A program made the translations under genes and the position numbers. Below are positions 38,370 through 51,961 of a stretch of 64,000 nucleotides of DNA, piece by piece. Source of the stretch: Lama guanicoe (lineage: Eukaryota); assembly GCA_013239625.1 (NCBI GenBank), contig MU056000.1:11607175-11671174 (forward strand), given 5' to 3'. Each line of letters opens with the position of its first letter. Position 1 is the first letter of the stretch. The notes beneath the pieces were generated by a model that searched no databases, was not told where the DNA came from, and saw only the letters and a program-made list of their open reading frames with translations.

Positions 38370-41300
38370 TAAACTGAGACCATATAATAAAAAATTAAGT
38401 GATAAAACAAAGAATAACATAAAACTATTACCAAATTAAGACTAAACACACTTATTACAGTAAGAAATATATTTGCATTATATTCATTCAAAAATCAAAA
38501 CAAAACAAAAAAAACCCCAAAACAAACAAACAAAAAACCCCCACTTTGTTTCCCGAAGGAAAAAAACAAATTGTATGTACACTCTATGTGTCAGAAACAG
38601 CAAAAATAAAGTGACTTAATAAAATTGAAAATAAAAGTTTGGGCAAAGGCATGGACAGGCAAGTACCAACAAAAAGTCAGGAATCTTGAGCTTAATATCA
38701 GGCACATTGAATTCCAAGCAAATAGCAACCAATAAGAGAAAGCTACTTTGGAACTGTAGACAGTACAATCCACATGAGCAGTTGTAAACATGGCAGCATC
38801 CTTTATATAGCAAAACCTGTAAGAAATACAAAAGCATAAAATTTACAGAAGTACTGGAATTTACTTCTTCTGAAGAATGACCACACCAACCAGAAATAAA
38901 AATAAAATCACCAAGCTGTTCTAATTGATATGTGAAAGGAATTCCATATCTTAAAACAGAGAATGTGCCTTCTTTACAAATCTCCACGGAATATTTTGAC
39001 CACCGTTTAAGTCAAAAATAAAGCCTCTATCAATTACAAAAATTGAAACAAAATAAAAGATAATTTCTGTTCAAATTACTATAAAATTAAAAACCTATAA
39101 TAAAACTAGAGATTCAAGGGGATCTTACCATCTAAAAATTTTTTTAATTCTCCAAAATAAGCTTTGTGTCAAAAATGAAATCAAAATCAAGAATACAGAA
39201 TATGCAGAAAATAGTGAAAATGGAAGTCTCTATTGGAATCTCTGGGAATCTAACTGTGATGTGCTCAGAGGAAAATTTATAGTCTAAATTACCTATTTCA
39301 ATAAAAAACAAATATTCTTCTTTTCAAGTTTAGAAATCTAAGGCCAATAAATGAGATAAATCTTTGACTAACCAAAATAGAAAAGAAAAAGATAGAAGTA
39401 ATATGGAAATAACCACAAATTGTTCATGTAACATGTGACTCATAAAAACCACTTGGATCAAAAATATTTACAATAAATGTAAAAACGAAAGGAATGGATG
39501 ATTTTGTATATTATCAGTTACCATAAATTAAACTTCAGTACATTTTTAAAGAATAACTCCCCCAGAATGCACCAGGCTTAATCACTTTCACACTTGTGAA
39601 TTCTACAAATGCTTAAAGGCACAGGTAACTTCAGTGCTATTCACCATGCGCATAGCAGTGGAAGGGAAGCTTCCGATTCGTTCTGCAAAACCAGCCCAAC
39701 GCCACATCTGACAAAGATACCCACACAAAAAGAAGCTATAGACAAATTTCACTTATGTCCTCAGGGCAAAAATCTCAAAGTAAATATGTGGAAGCCAAAT
39801 TGTGCAGCTCAGTGGGGTTCACAACAGGTGTACAAGGACTGTTCAACATTAGAAAATAAGACAACACAATTCTTCATATTAGTAAATAAAAAGAGAAATT
39901 TTATGTTCTCCATTAATGCTGAGAAGGAATTGGACAAAATTTAATAAAATTTAAAACATCCATTTTCGATTTTTTAGAACTCTTTATAAAGTAGAAAAAC
40001 ATGGCAACATCATTAACATCATAATAATGACTAAATTTACACAGTGTTTCAATGTGCCCGGCACTGTTGTAAGCGGATGTGTACCTATTCAGAATCACTC
40101 TTTTTTCTGTTCCTAACGTAGTGGTCAAGTAAGATGACGGCTGTGGGAATGAAGGGGGCCGAGAGGCAGAGCCCATACTGCAGGACTCTTGATTTATTCT
40201 GAAAAGTGGCACGAATTATCTAGTCGCCAAACCAACAGAAGGAAATATCTAAAGTCCACCTCCAGAGTTCTTTTAACCCTCTAGACAGGACACTTGGGAA
40301 CTCTGTATAAAGCGCTCTGCTTTATCTCGCGGCTGATGGGTGACCTGTCAGGTGGCAAACACATTCATGTAGCATGTGACTATCTACTGAGTGCCTGCGG
40401 GGTCCAGGTGCTGTTCCAGATAAACTGTCCTCATCTAGCTCATGTTCTGGTCCTAAATCTAAAAGCAGGAAGAACTTAGTAGAGCAAATCCTCTAATGGT
40501 AATGAACCCTCTCCAAAACCTCAGGCACTGAATAAAATGGAAACAAAAATGTGGTCCTTCCTAAAGAGCCCTCAGCGTCCACAGGACGTGCAGGCCATCT
40601 GGAAACAGAACCGTGACTACCTCAGTCATTTCCTGCTGGCAGAATAAAAGAAGGGTGTCCTTGGAAAGTCATTAACAAAATGGGAGAGAAATACACCCAC
40701 TAGAAGCTAAACAGTGGCTTGGGACACCCTCGTCTACACGGCAGAATCACTTTAATATCCTGAAGAAAACTGACTTTTTTTAAAACCAATAAAATCTACT
40801 TTCCATTCACCTTGAAAATGTGAATTGATGCTCAAGAGTCAAGAAGCACATGAGAACAACATATTCTGACCTTGAGCAGGAAGAGTGGCGTCACCTCCAA
40901 AAGTCCCTTGCAGTGTCCGAGCACCTCACACGCTCACTGCCTCACAGCAGGAGCCCCACCCAAGTGGCCCTCAGCAACCAGGATGACACTTGATTTTAAA
41001 GAGATTTCTTTCCCCTTTTTCCTGGCAAATCACTGTGATACAAAGATTTCAAAAGGTAAGTCAGAGCCTCCCCATAGTTTCCACATGACTCACTGCCAAA
41101 AATTTAGAAGCCAGCCTTGTGATCATTTTTACAAGGAAAAACAGCAGATTCTATCTTAGTCACAGAGCATCAACTCAGGCCAAAATGACTAAAAAACCTC
41201 ACTCGAAGGGCTGGCATCACTGTTTCCAAAACCAAAATAGTTATCAATAAGTTGTTAACATGGAGGGGAAACTATTAAATTGCACCATGTTTTACAAGGG

Positions 41301-42147
41301 CAAGCCATTTCGGAGGTGAGATTTTTAAGAGGCAAAAGCATCCAAGAACTTAACAATCACAACCCGGTTTTCTGAGCGACCTGGTACCGACATTATCTCC
41401 TCCACTCATGCTCACTTTCCTTGTTAAAATAACAGCATGAAGAGTAATTCTACTCCAGGACCACGGGGACAGATTTCAAAAATCCCTCTTCTGAGTCCAA
41501 CACTGTCTTAAGCCAAGTAAATGGCTCACAAGGCAACCAGATAAAAAATACATCATAAAAAATTTACCCTGAGGATTCCACTGCCTACAAGTTCTGGAGG
41601 TCAGCGTTTCAGTGGAAGCAGTGTGTTGTGCCATCCGGTGGACCGGGGAAGTTCACCATCACTGCTTCCAACACCCCTGCCTCCCTCTGCTCTGTTAGTC
41701 CACTCAAAGGGGGAGCCCCGTTTACACTCTGTGCATTTTACCTTCTAACGTATAAAAGCAAATAGCATTAGACTGTAAAAGGGGCAAAATGTTCTATGCC
41801 CATGTCTCCTCCCTTCTCCTTTCTCTGTTCCTTCATCTTACCTGCCCTTAGCTCCCCACTCTCGGAGGATTTTCTAGGTGACTGCTTCATTCCATCTCTA
41901 TTTCTGACTCCGAAGACAGCACAGGAAGGTGGAGAGTGAGACCACCATGAATGTATTGGAGTCAGGGAGATAAAGAGGGTGGGAGAGGACTGCTGATGGG
42001 GGACACGTCTTGACCTGCCCTCTGCTCCTCTGTCCCGGTCATTCTCTGTCCCTCTAACAACTCAGTGTCTGGCCTTTGGGGCCAAGGCAGTCCGGCCGCC
42101 CTGCCCTGGCTGGCCTGTTCCTCCCTGTCCCCCAGGAGCTGGCTCAC

Positions 42148-42270
42148 CGCACCACTGAATGTCAATGTTCTCCCCTTCTGAAGTGAGCTTGTCTTGCCCG
42201 GTCTTTATTGTCCTCAAGCAGCTCAACTGACTGCCGTGCAGCAAGAAGGCGTCCGTGGAAGACACTTGTC
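42148..42270 (-). CDS. Coding exon (G)QVSSTDAFLLHGSQLSCLRTIKTGQDKLTSEGENIDIQWC(D)
   Basis: Acceptor gtttggctcttgcttag|GA, donor GCG|gtgagc. 123 nt, phase 1-1, open frame. Confidence 0.72.
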
Positions 42271-43779
42271 CTAAGCAAGAGCCAAACCCTATGTAGTGTT
42301 CCAAGGAGCAAGGAAGTTTTTCCTCAGTCTTAATTTACTCTTTTTACCTGGACCAGAGAGACTGGAGCAAGGTTAAGAGAGGAAGGTGGGTATTTCAGAG
42401 AATTTCATCCAAGTCTAGTAGCGGAAGCACAGTCCGAATCCTCAGGCCTGAGTTTGGGTGCATCCTCCCAAAAGAGAAACCTAGCTTAGACATCCTGATA
42501 GTAAAATCTCAAAATACTCGCAGGACTTCAGAAACAATTTGATCTACATGGATTGCCGTGGATTCCAGTGTGAGCGCTGCAGTCTGGAGACCCACGTGCA
42601 GGCCTCCCTCCAGTTCAGCCGCTCCCCCCCCCAATGATAACTGAAACCAGTTGACTTGATTTGGCTAAGGGAAATTCCTGCTTCTTTACCTCTGACCAAC
42701 TGATCCCAAATAAACTGCTTCACCTCCCCGTGCCTCAGTGGGCCCAGCTGTGAAATGGGACTAATGATAAAATTAACATCCTGTATTTTCATATGGGATT
42801 ACTGGGAGCTAATGCATGTGAAAGCACTTTATACATGGAAAAACAAGAAGCAAATTTTCATTATTGTTTCTCAGAGAAACTCAGAATTAACACCGTAAGA
42901 TGAGTTTAGTAAAGGAAAAAGTCAAGAATATGTTCCTGAATACTCTTTACATGCTCATTAAGATGACTTAATGCCCTTTAAAATCAGATTTATCAGATTG
43001 CTCTGTGGTGCCCAGCCCAGACATCCTCTCCCAGTGCGTTGTTCATCTCTATCACCAGCAATCAGCAGCAGGCTCACGGCCCTCTCCTTAACTGAACACT
43101 TTCTAACAGCATCACTACACTTTATTCCCTCTTTCCCTCGTTCTCTAGCACCAACTATAAAATGTGTGCTCATTGACTTTCTCACCTCTTTATCCCATAA
43201 TCCTACCTCTTGTTTTTCCATCAGCCTGCTTCATTGATTTGGGGGTTTTCGCTTTTAGTTAAAGCATGCAGCATTCTGATTCTTAATCAAAGCAACATAT
43301 TGCAATCTGTTTATCAAGCCCCCATAGGAAGGCTCAGAAAAGAGTCACATGGCTCCACATCCAGTGAAATTATATATAATTTAATAGCGGAGTGAGAAAT
43401 TCATGGTGCCAGAGGAAGGGTATCACTCTGCAGTGCCAAACTTTGTGATCAAAACATAATTTTCAGTTCGTTTTCTGAGTTTTTAGGCTATTAGGCAAAC
43501 ATTTAAATTAAGCAGAAACATGAGGATAGCTGACTAAATTTTTCAGTCTTAATCTGGATTGTAAATGCCATGTGCACACAACAGAAAAAGGCAAAATTAA
43601 GAGTGACAGCTGACAGAAATGAGAAAAAGAGGTAGTATGTGGAGCTTGTAGGAAAATCACTAGACAAAATCTTCCCGTTAGAGTTAGGATAAGGATAAGG
43701 ACTGGGATTCACTTAGATGTTGCTGGTAATAGAAGACAGTTCAACACGTTCAGTTAATAAAGTCAAAGATCATCCATCC

Positions 43780-44345
43780 TCTGAATGTGGAATGCATTCA
43801 CTTGTTTCCAAAGAGTAAATTATGGAAGGAGGTGAGAGGAGGGAGGAAGTTTATAGTAGAGAAATCTGACAAGCACGACCTCAGACTGGGTGATCAAGGT
43901 CAACATCAACGGTGCTCAGTCCTATCGACGGCAAGTACTCTGAACACACGACACCTCCACGGTCTCCCTCCTGCCAAAAACACAGTCATAATTCCTGTCT
44001 ACCTAAGAGGGAAAAGCATCAGCAAACCCAAACTGAGGAACATTCTAGAAGACACCTGGCCAAGGCTCCTCAACTCTGTCAAGTCATCAAAGACAAGGAC
44101 ATTCTTGAAAATGTCACAGCCTTGAGGAGCCTATGGAGACACGATAACTAAACTCAACGTGGTGCCCTGGAGAAGATCCTGGAACAGAAGAATTTTATTA
44201 GGGGAGAAATGGTGAAATTTTAGTAAAGTTTAGTCAATAATAATGCACCAATGTTTCTTTCTTTGTTGTGACGAGTGCACCATAGTAATATAAGATGCTT
44301 AATAATGAGGAAAACTGGGTGTGGGGCATAAAAGATTGTTCTATA
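43780..44345 (+). mobile_element. Old L1MC/MD-like 3' UTR; resumes at ~46389-46440 after a younger L1
   Basis: Contains gtgatcaaggtcaacatcaac, aaacccaaactgaggaacattct, gatcctggaacagaag and gaaaactgggtgtgggg. Confidence 0.75.
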
Positions 44346-44349
44346 CTTG

Positions 44350-46385
44350 ATGGCAGAAATTGAGATGGTGGGGTAGGAGGACGCTGAGCTCACCGCCCCC
44401 CATGAAAACACCAAAAATGCTCTACAAATACCCTTAGAGCAACTCTCACTGAAAACAACCAGGAGACCGGCAGAAAGGCTCTTCTACAGGCAAAGCTGTA
44501 AAGAAGGTCCGTGCAGAGTCTGGTGGGAAAGAAGAAGTGAATTTGCAGGGACCTGCATCCTTAGCAGGGGACATAAAAGAGGAGGAGGATATCATCACAG
44601 GCTCAGCGATCTTCCCTGGGGAGCAAGGGGTTCAAGGCACCCCCTCCCTGGGGTCAGACATCAGGAAGACAAGCCCCCTTAGCTAGTCGGAACATCAGTA
44701 GTACTAACCAGAGGGCTGTAAGAAACCGAGACTCCGCTCGTGAAGAGCACGCACACACATGCTTACTTCTGGTCACAGAGTGGAGGCAGCAGATGGACAA
44801 CTGCCTGAGGCTCTGGCTGGCTTGTCAGGGCAGCCCCAGAGAACAGCCCAGCCCAAATCAGGCACCTTCTCTGGCCCCTCTTGCTCGGGTCCTGTTCTCC
44901 ACTAGGGCAAAGGCTGCCATCGCCAAGGAGAGGGTGCAAACTTAGTGGGAACAGAATGAGCTCAGATCCAACTCAGCCTCTGACAAGGGCAGAGGCAGCA
45001 TGGACCTGCGCACATCTGGGAGGAGCTAAACCCGCTCCAGAGCAGAGATCAATGTTGCCAGCAGGAGCAGAACCAGCTCGGTAGCCAGGCACCAACCCTT
45101 CCAGCCCTGACCTAACCTCTAAACAAGGGACCCACAGCGAGGAGGAAGTGAAACCAGCACAGAAGTGCTGCCCCAAGCCCTCAGGGACTCACCATGACCC
45201 CAACCAAGATGCAGACTACCATCACACTCCGAAGAAGCCCAGCTCCTTCAGGGCTTCTGCTCCAGCCCCTTGGGCCCCGACCAGACCCCCAATAGGGCGG
45301 TGTTGGCCACTGAACATAGGAGAAGCCCAGCCTCACACTTGGCTCTGGCTCCAGCCTCTCCATCTCCAGCCCCACCACCCACCAATGAGGTGGCTGCCAG
45401 CACACCCTGCGGGAAGACGTGACCCGTGCTCACCCGGATCCAGCTCTCCCACCAAAGCCTCCGGGCACACACAGACTGCACAGGGATGCTCCCACACAGA
45501 CACCCCTTCAAGGGTAGGATAGGTAGCTGTTTCGCCTGATTTCATAGAGACAGAGAAAGTCAAACAAAATGAGAAGACAGAAGAATATGTTCCAAATGAA
45601 AGAGCAAAGGGAATAAAAAAAAAAAACAGAAAAACTCTAAAGAAACGAAGATAATTAACCAGATAAAAAGTTCAAAGTAATAGTAATAAGAATGCTAACT
45701 GAACTTGGGCAAAGAACAGATGAACACAAGTTAAATAAGGAACTAGAAAATACAGAAAAGAACTGGTCAAAGCTAAAGAATACAGAGCTGAAGTGAGAAA
45801 TACAGTAGGAGGAAATAGCCGTAGATTCGGTGATACAGTGTGAGGCTCACAGCAGCGTTACTCACAATAAGCAAGATATGGAAGCACCCTCACTGTCCAT
45901 CAGCAAACGAATGGATGAAGAAGGCGTGGTATATACAATGGAATATTAACTAGCCCTAAAAACAATGAAACTTTGTCATTTGCAGCAACATGGATGGACC
46001 TGAAGAGGATTATGCTAGTGAAATAAGTCTGACGGAGAAAGTCAAATACTGTGTATTTTCACTTACATGTGGAATCTAAAAGATAAATAGATGAATATAA
46101 CAAAACAGAAAGCAGACTCACAGATGTAGAGAACAAGCTAGTGGTTACCAACGGGAAGAGGAAGGGGAGGAGCGGAAAGACAGGGAGAGGGGATTAAGAG
46201 GTACAAGCCACTAGGTACAAAATAAGTGACATACAAGGATGTAATGCATGGCACAGGGGATGTGGCCAGTATTTTACAATAACTTTCAACAGGTTATCAT
46301 CTATAAAAATATTTAATCTATGTCATATGCCTGAAGTTAATATATTATAAAACAGCTATACTTCAATAAAAATAATAAAAAAGAT
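44350..46385 (+). mobile_element. Internally deleted L1: 5' UTR and ORF1 start fused to ORF2 end and 3' UTR
   Basis: 5' end gagatggtggggtaggaggacgctgagctcacc. ORF1 ATG at 45569 (MRRQKNMFQMKEQ). Abrupt switch at ~45838-45847 to tcacagcagcgttactcacaat...; ends tacttcaataaaaaat. Confidence 0.85.
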
Positions 46386-47041
46386 AAACTATCTTTAAAC
46401 CTCTTCTGTAAATGTAAAACCATTCTAAAATAAAAATGTTATCATATCAGAGATAACTGGAAAAACTAAGCAATTACTAATGAAATACTTTCACTGCGAG
46501 CATTTGTAGGCTAGAATAAATAAAAGATAAATTATGTTTTGTTGCTGTTTCTACACCCTCAAATTCCAAATCAGGCCTCCATTTCATCTTTTTCTTGCCC
46601 TCTTTTGTGCCCTGGTGCTAGGTGTCTTCTGCTGTCACTTGACTGCCAAGGACAGGCCTCCATCTCTAGCCAGCTCTCCCTCTAAAAGCTCTAACCTTAG
46701 TCCCTTTCCTGCCCTGCACCCCAAACGCCACCCTCTGTTCTCTGGGAGGAGCGGATCCATTCACTGATATTAACAACAGCTCCTAAGTAACCTACAGGCC
46801 ACCTAATGTTTAAAGACAGCAGAATGAATTTAATGTGAAAGGTCCATAAACTGGGGGGTAAGGCAAGTTTTTTGGACTTTCCCATCATGGCCAGGGAATG
46901 TTAAGAGTCCCCACTCTTCATGGAGACGGCAGGATAGAGTTTGGAAACTAAATCTCAATGTCCTATTCAGATTTTAAATGAAATCAACAACTGAACTGCT
47001 TTCATCTTGTAGTTTTCTACTTAAGTCCCCAAGAAAGTTCC

Positions 47042-47390
47042 TGCTGCAAACTGAATTATGTATCCACAAAATTTGATTGTTGAAGCCCTCATCCCCAAAG
47101 GCACTGTACCTGGAAACAGGATCTTTAAGAAAATTAGGGTTTAATGAGGTCGCCAGAGCAGGGCCCTAATCTAATAGAACTGTGGCCTCCTAAGAAGTGA
47201 GTCCTCTCTGTGAGGACGCAGGAGGAAGGCACGGGTCTGCAAGCAGGGAGGAAAACCACACCTGGAACTGCACCAGCCAGAGCCTTGACCTTGGGCTTCC
47301 CAGCCTCCAGAACTGTGAGAAATAAAGTTCTGTTGGCTAAGCCACACCGTCCGTGCTATTTTGTTGTAGCAACCCAAGCTGACTAATACA
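47042..47390 (+). mobile_element. MLT1A/B-like MaLR solo LTR
   Basis: TG...CA termini, cttcccagcctccagaactgtgagaaataaa, flanks gttcc/gttct. Confidence 0.85.
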
Positions 47391-49089
47391 GTTCTTCATG
47401 AAAGAGAAAGTAGTTTTAGGATATTGGACCAAACATATTTACTCTATATAGAATGATACATGCTGAAAAGATCTGTTTATTGATACTGACAGAGTATATC
47501 TTGGAAAAATGTAAACCCTGGCCCCTTTTCTCATTCCAGCACGTGTTTGTATCCAATCAAATTCATCATGAATGTCACTGTGCTATTCCTCACTGAATCA
47601 CTGTCTCCGTAATTCAACACTCATGTGACAACTGATCCTCAGATGGGTGCCCTAGAGTAAATTTCCTTCCATTTCTAGATTAATTGTATCCATATTTGTC
47701 CAAAGAAAAAAATTGGATAAAATGTTACCATTTTTATGCACTCGATCTGTAAGAGGATTCTATGGGGAAGTACTTTAAATCCCTTATGTCTAATTCAGTT
47801 AATACTCCCCCAGCTTTCATAAATGGGGTATATTGCCCAGTTGCATTCAGTTAGTGGACAGGTGAATGTAAAGCTTATAATTATTTTCAACAACAGAAAA
47901 AAAATTGCTTCATTTTGTAAGTAATTAAAAGAATTGGGACATAAGGTCAACCTCCTCAATCATGAGTGGCTGATGATCCTGTTAATCTCCCTGTCTAATT
48001 ATCAAGACCCAGTGTGCTTCTATTTCATTAAAATAAAGGGGCAGGCAGTGTCCCTATAACCGCTTGCAGTGGCCTTCTCTGTATTGTACCAAATCATTCT
48101 AACTGGTGGAGTTGATGCCTGCTACTCAACAGTTAAAATCACCAAGAAGCAAAACAAAGTACAGACAAGCAAAGTCTTCAATTTGCTAAAAGCATCCTGT
48201 TTTTAAAAATCTTTAGTTCTGATGGTTGAAATTGTTTCAAAAAGAATATTCATGCTGAGAGAGGAAGACCTCAACTCAAAACTGCAGAGTTCTCTCTGGT
48301 TCAGCACCACTCAGAGATGAGCAAAAGGCTCCCTGGACTCAGGGACCAGGACTTCAGGGCTCACTCCGCCAGCTCTATGATCTTGAAAGTTTGGAGTATA
48401 TGATGTCTAAAGTACCTGCAGCTGTAACAACTAAAAACCCCAAACTATTTCAAAAGTTCTGATTTGAAAGGCTGAGAGAAGCAGGAGAAACTGTCTGGGG
48501 TGTGTTGTTTCCAAATGTTTAGGTTTGTGGCACGATAGCACAACTGGAGGACAATCAGTCATCTCAGTTTAGCTTTCTGCTGTAACACAATCTGAAAGCA
48601 GCCCAGCTAGCACAGAAGCAGAAATCCAGGATGGAGTGGCCACATGGCTCAAGCAGTACCCCTCCTGCCTTCTACTGCAGTCCTCTGTAGGGGGCTGGAT
48701 ATTAAGGGGAAAACGAGAAATTCTAGTTTAGCTGTTCTGTGCTGAAAATCTTTAAAAGATGAAAACAGAGACTGACAGAAACAGAGACACAGAGAAGATG
48801 CTGAGCTAACAGCTTGCAGACCAACCAGAGTGGAAACACTGAAAGTATCTCAATGCTTCTCAGATCACTTTTCTCAAAAGAAGAAACATTTCAAAGAACT
48901 CCCTTCATTTGCTGTCATGGTAGATGTTGTGTTTGACGTGACTGTGTTTAGAGTAGGGCACAGTCATGATAGAATCGGTTTTGACTGTTTAACATCTAGG
49001 TATTTCTATGAACACCTTGAATCAGTGCTTAGTCGCTCTTTGCCTTCCAACTATAAAGCCTTTCACTTAAAAAAAAAAAACTTGCTAAT

Positions 49090-49300
49090 GCCAGCTGACA
49101 TTTACCGAGTGCTTACTCCACGCATCACTCTGCTAAATGCACTACATGCATCATCTCAATTAATCCTCCCTAAAACCCTATGACACCGTTACTATTATTA
49201 TCCCTTCTTGACCAGAGAAAACTGGGACACCCGGAGGTTAAAAAACTGGCTGAAGGTTACAAAGCAAGTAAATGCGGAGAGACTGGAAACCTGACCTGTG
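49090..49300 (-). mobile_element. MIR SINE
   Basis: Contains catttaccgagtgcttact...atctcaattaatcctc...attattatccc...gaaaactggg. Confidence 0.7.
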
Positions 49301-50739
49301 GACTTACTAAACCATGCCCTCACCTGCAAAGCCACTTGGAAGAAACAGCGGACCCTAGTTCTCAACACAGCTCAGCCGCTAACCACCTTGGGGAGCTTGG
49401 CTACCTCAGCCCTTCCTTGAGTAAAGGTTGGTCTAGATGATCTCTCACGTGTCCCTGGAAATCTAAAATTGGGATCTCCCAATTTGTTATATGTTAAATG
49501 ACCACAGGGCTGTCTCCAGTTACCTCAGAGAAGCGCGTCCTGGACAGTGGAGGCCACTGGATCTATTTATGCTAACTTAATATTACATGGCACACTTAGC
49601 AATTCCTGACACTCTGCACATTGGTTTGCAGTTATCTGGGTCCATGTCTGTGTCTCTAGAAATCCTTGAAGGCCAAGAAGTGTAATTCATCATTGCACTC
49701 CTTCACCTTGTCTACCCAGAGTCTTAAGTATGATTCGCATTCAGTGAGCACTTCCCAACGGACTGAATGAGCTACAGAACTCAGGGAGGAACAGCTGGTT
49801 CGTGGTTTATACAACTGTGTAGTCCAGGAAACGTCTATGCCACCTCCAAGGCTACTGCAGTGCACCCTTGGTGGCACTAACATGTCATGAGGAGTTCTCT
49901 ACAAATGGGTTTTTCTTAATCTTCTGCCCCTGAAATATTGTATTCTTTATTGTACAAATTTTAAGAAAAAAATTTGAGGAAAGTTGAATTCAACAGCATA
50001 TCTATTTAATAAATAATCAGAGTATGAAGTAAGTGTGCTGGTAGGAAGCAGAGGACATGAATTTAGTTTTTGTCCAGAGAGAAACAACTTGGAAGATTAA
50101 ATTTATGGAAAAACTATATATATATTTATACACACACACAATGAGTCAAAGTACATACACATCATAAATGTAGCACTGTTTCATTGTCCAAGTTCAGGTG
50201 ATTTCTATACTAACAGCACAACAGCTATCTAGAAATTGACCAAATTCAAGTAGCCCTACCTGGGACTTCCCTCTCTGTTTCCCTTTTTCCCTCACTGGCC
50301 TCCACAGACCCCACTAACATTTGACAGTCTTCCCCTATCCCTGGCACCCACATCCAACTATAATCATCATTGACCCTCATCTAAAAGCATTGCACAGTGG
50401 TGGCTCTGGTGATGGGGAAGGGGAAGGAGAGAATAAGCGTTCCATCCTTTCATGGCCAGTCTCCATCGCACCTGTTGACTCTCCCCGAGGTCTCAGCTAG
50501 GTTCCCCCATCTCTTCATGCAGTGTCCTACTTACCATGTCCAGCACTGCCCCTACTCTGAGCCCTGCTCTTCCCCCAAGCCCTCACCCCAACTTCCAAGG
50601 CCTTCTTTTGAAACGTAAGTGCAGTCTTCTCAGAAAGTCATGAATACATCTTGTTTTAAAGACCTAGTATCTAAACAAAATGAGGAGTAAGGTCAGTGGA
50701 AAGTTGAGATGAGGAAAGGAAAGAACCCTTTTACGTATG

Positions 50740-51590
50740 GATGCTTCCTGGCTGTGGTTAGAATTAAAAATCATAAGTACCAGTACTGAGCACCAAAGTA
50801 CTGGCGAGGATGTGGAACAACTGTGTCTTACTCTGTTCTCTTCTGCTGCTGCTGGGAGTATAAATTGGCACAAGCACTTGGAAACCTCTCTGGTAGTACC
50901 TACTGAAGTTATATATACATATTCCCTATAACCCAGTGCCATTGACTGCATATGGCCCAAATTCTTCACCTTGCCCTGCATCCATGCCCTGAGCAGTGTG
51001 ACTTTGCAGCTTTTCTCACCTCTAGTGATACACTTCCGTGCTTCTTGACTTTGGGCCCAGCCATGTGACTTGCTTAGGCCAATGCAATATTAGCAGATGT
51101 TGCTTGCATGCTTTGTCATGCTCTCTTGTCCCTAAACCATCTTCCTAATAACATGCCCAGTGGTCCAAGGAGAAAGAACAGCATAGCTGACCAACGGACC
51201 TGCATCTGTGGGATGGCCTCATGATAGAATACTATACAGCAATGAAAAAGACTTAACTACCACTGCCTGCAACCTCATAGACAAATCTCACAGATGCAAT
51301 GGTAAGCAGAAAAAGCTCAAGACCAATAGTAAATACCATAAGATTTCATTTCTATGAAGCCCACAAACAGATAAAACCAATCCAGTTCAACAGAAGTCAG
51401 AATCATGCTTACCTTTGAGGGACTGTCTACTGGGAGGGAGCATAGGGGAGCATGCTGGGGGCTGTTCTGGACGGTGGTTACACACATGTGCATACACACG
51501 TAGAAGTTCATCAGGCTAGATTTGTGTACTTCATTCTCTGTTAGTCATTCCTCCATAAAAGAGTACATTATTACAAATAAATACATAATT
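50740..51590 (+). mobile_element. Old L1ME-like 3' fragment with an MLT1-like insert at ~50930-51210
   Basis: L1 motifs tggcgaggatgtggaacaact...gggagtataaattggcaca and agaagtcagaatcatgcttacc; MaLR motif gccatgtgacttgcttaggccaatg. Confidence 0.6.
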
Positions 51591-51913
51591 CTTAGACTTT
51601 AGAGGACTTGTGTGTCTGCTTCAGGGACAGCAGTGAGCTATGAGAACCAGTTCCGGCTTCATCAAGAGAAGTCTGCCTGGATCAGAAGCAGGACAGAGTA
51701 GGGAGAGGGGGCTTCATTTCCTAGGGCTTGGAAGCCAGTCACGCAGTTGGAGAGAGTAGCGATGAGGAGAACTGTGTTTCCTGCCTCCTCGAATCCAGAT
51801 ATCAATTCACCTAAGAAGCATGGCTGACTGGGCTCCGTGGGCAAGTATGTGAAGCTACATTGTCTCTGTCAGGGGGAAAGTACTGCTGTTTCCAGGCCAG
51901 TTAAATGCATTAC

Positions 51914-51961
51914 CTGTTGGTGAGTTGGAGGCGGCCTTTTCTATCCTCTTAACGGTCATGT
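51914..51961 (-). CDS. Short coding exon (D)MTVKRIEKAASNSPT(G)
   Basis: Acceptor atgtttaccttag|AC, donor CAG|gtaatg. 48 nt, phase 1-1, in frame with the 42148-42270 exon. The first residue depends on the unseen upstream exon. Confidence 0.55.

Noticed and set aside
44881..45563. Cluster of overlapping GC-rich ORFs
   Set aside because: They lie in an L1 5' UTR, where GC content suppresses stop codons.
49524..49562. Candidate 39-nt exon (IQWPPLSRTRFSE)
   Set aside because: Poor acceptor, and a stop in the phase-1 frame the gene needs.
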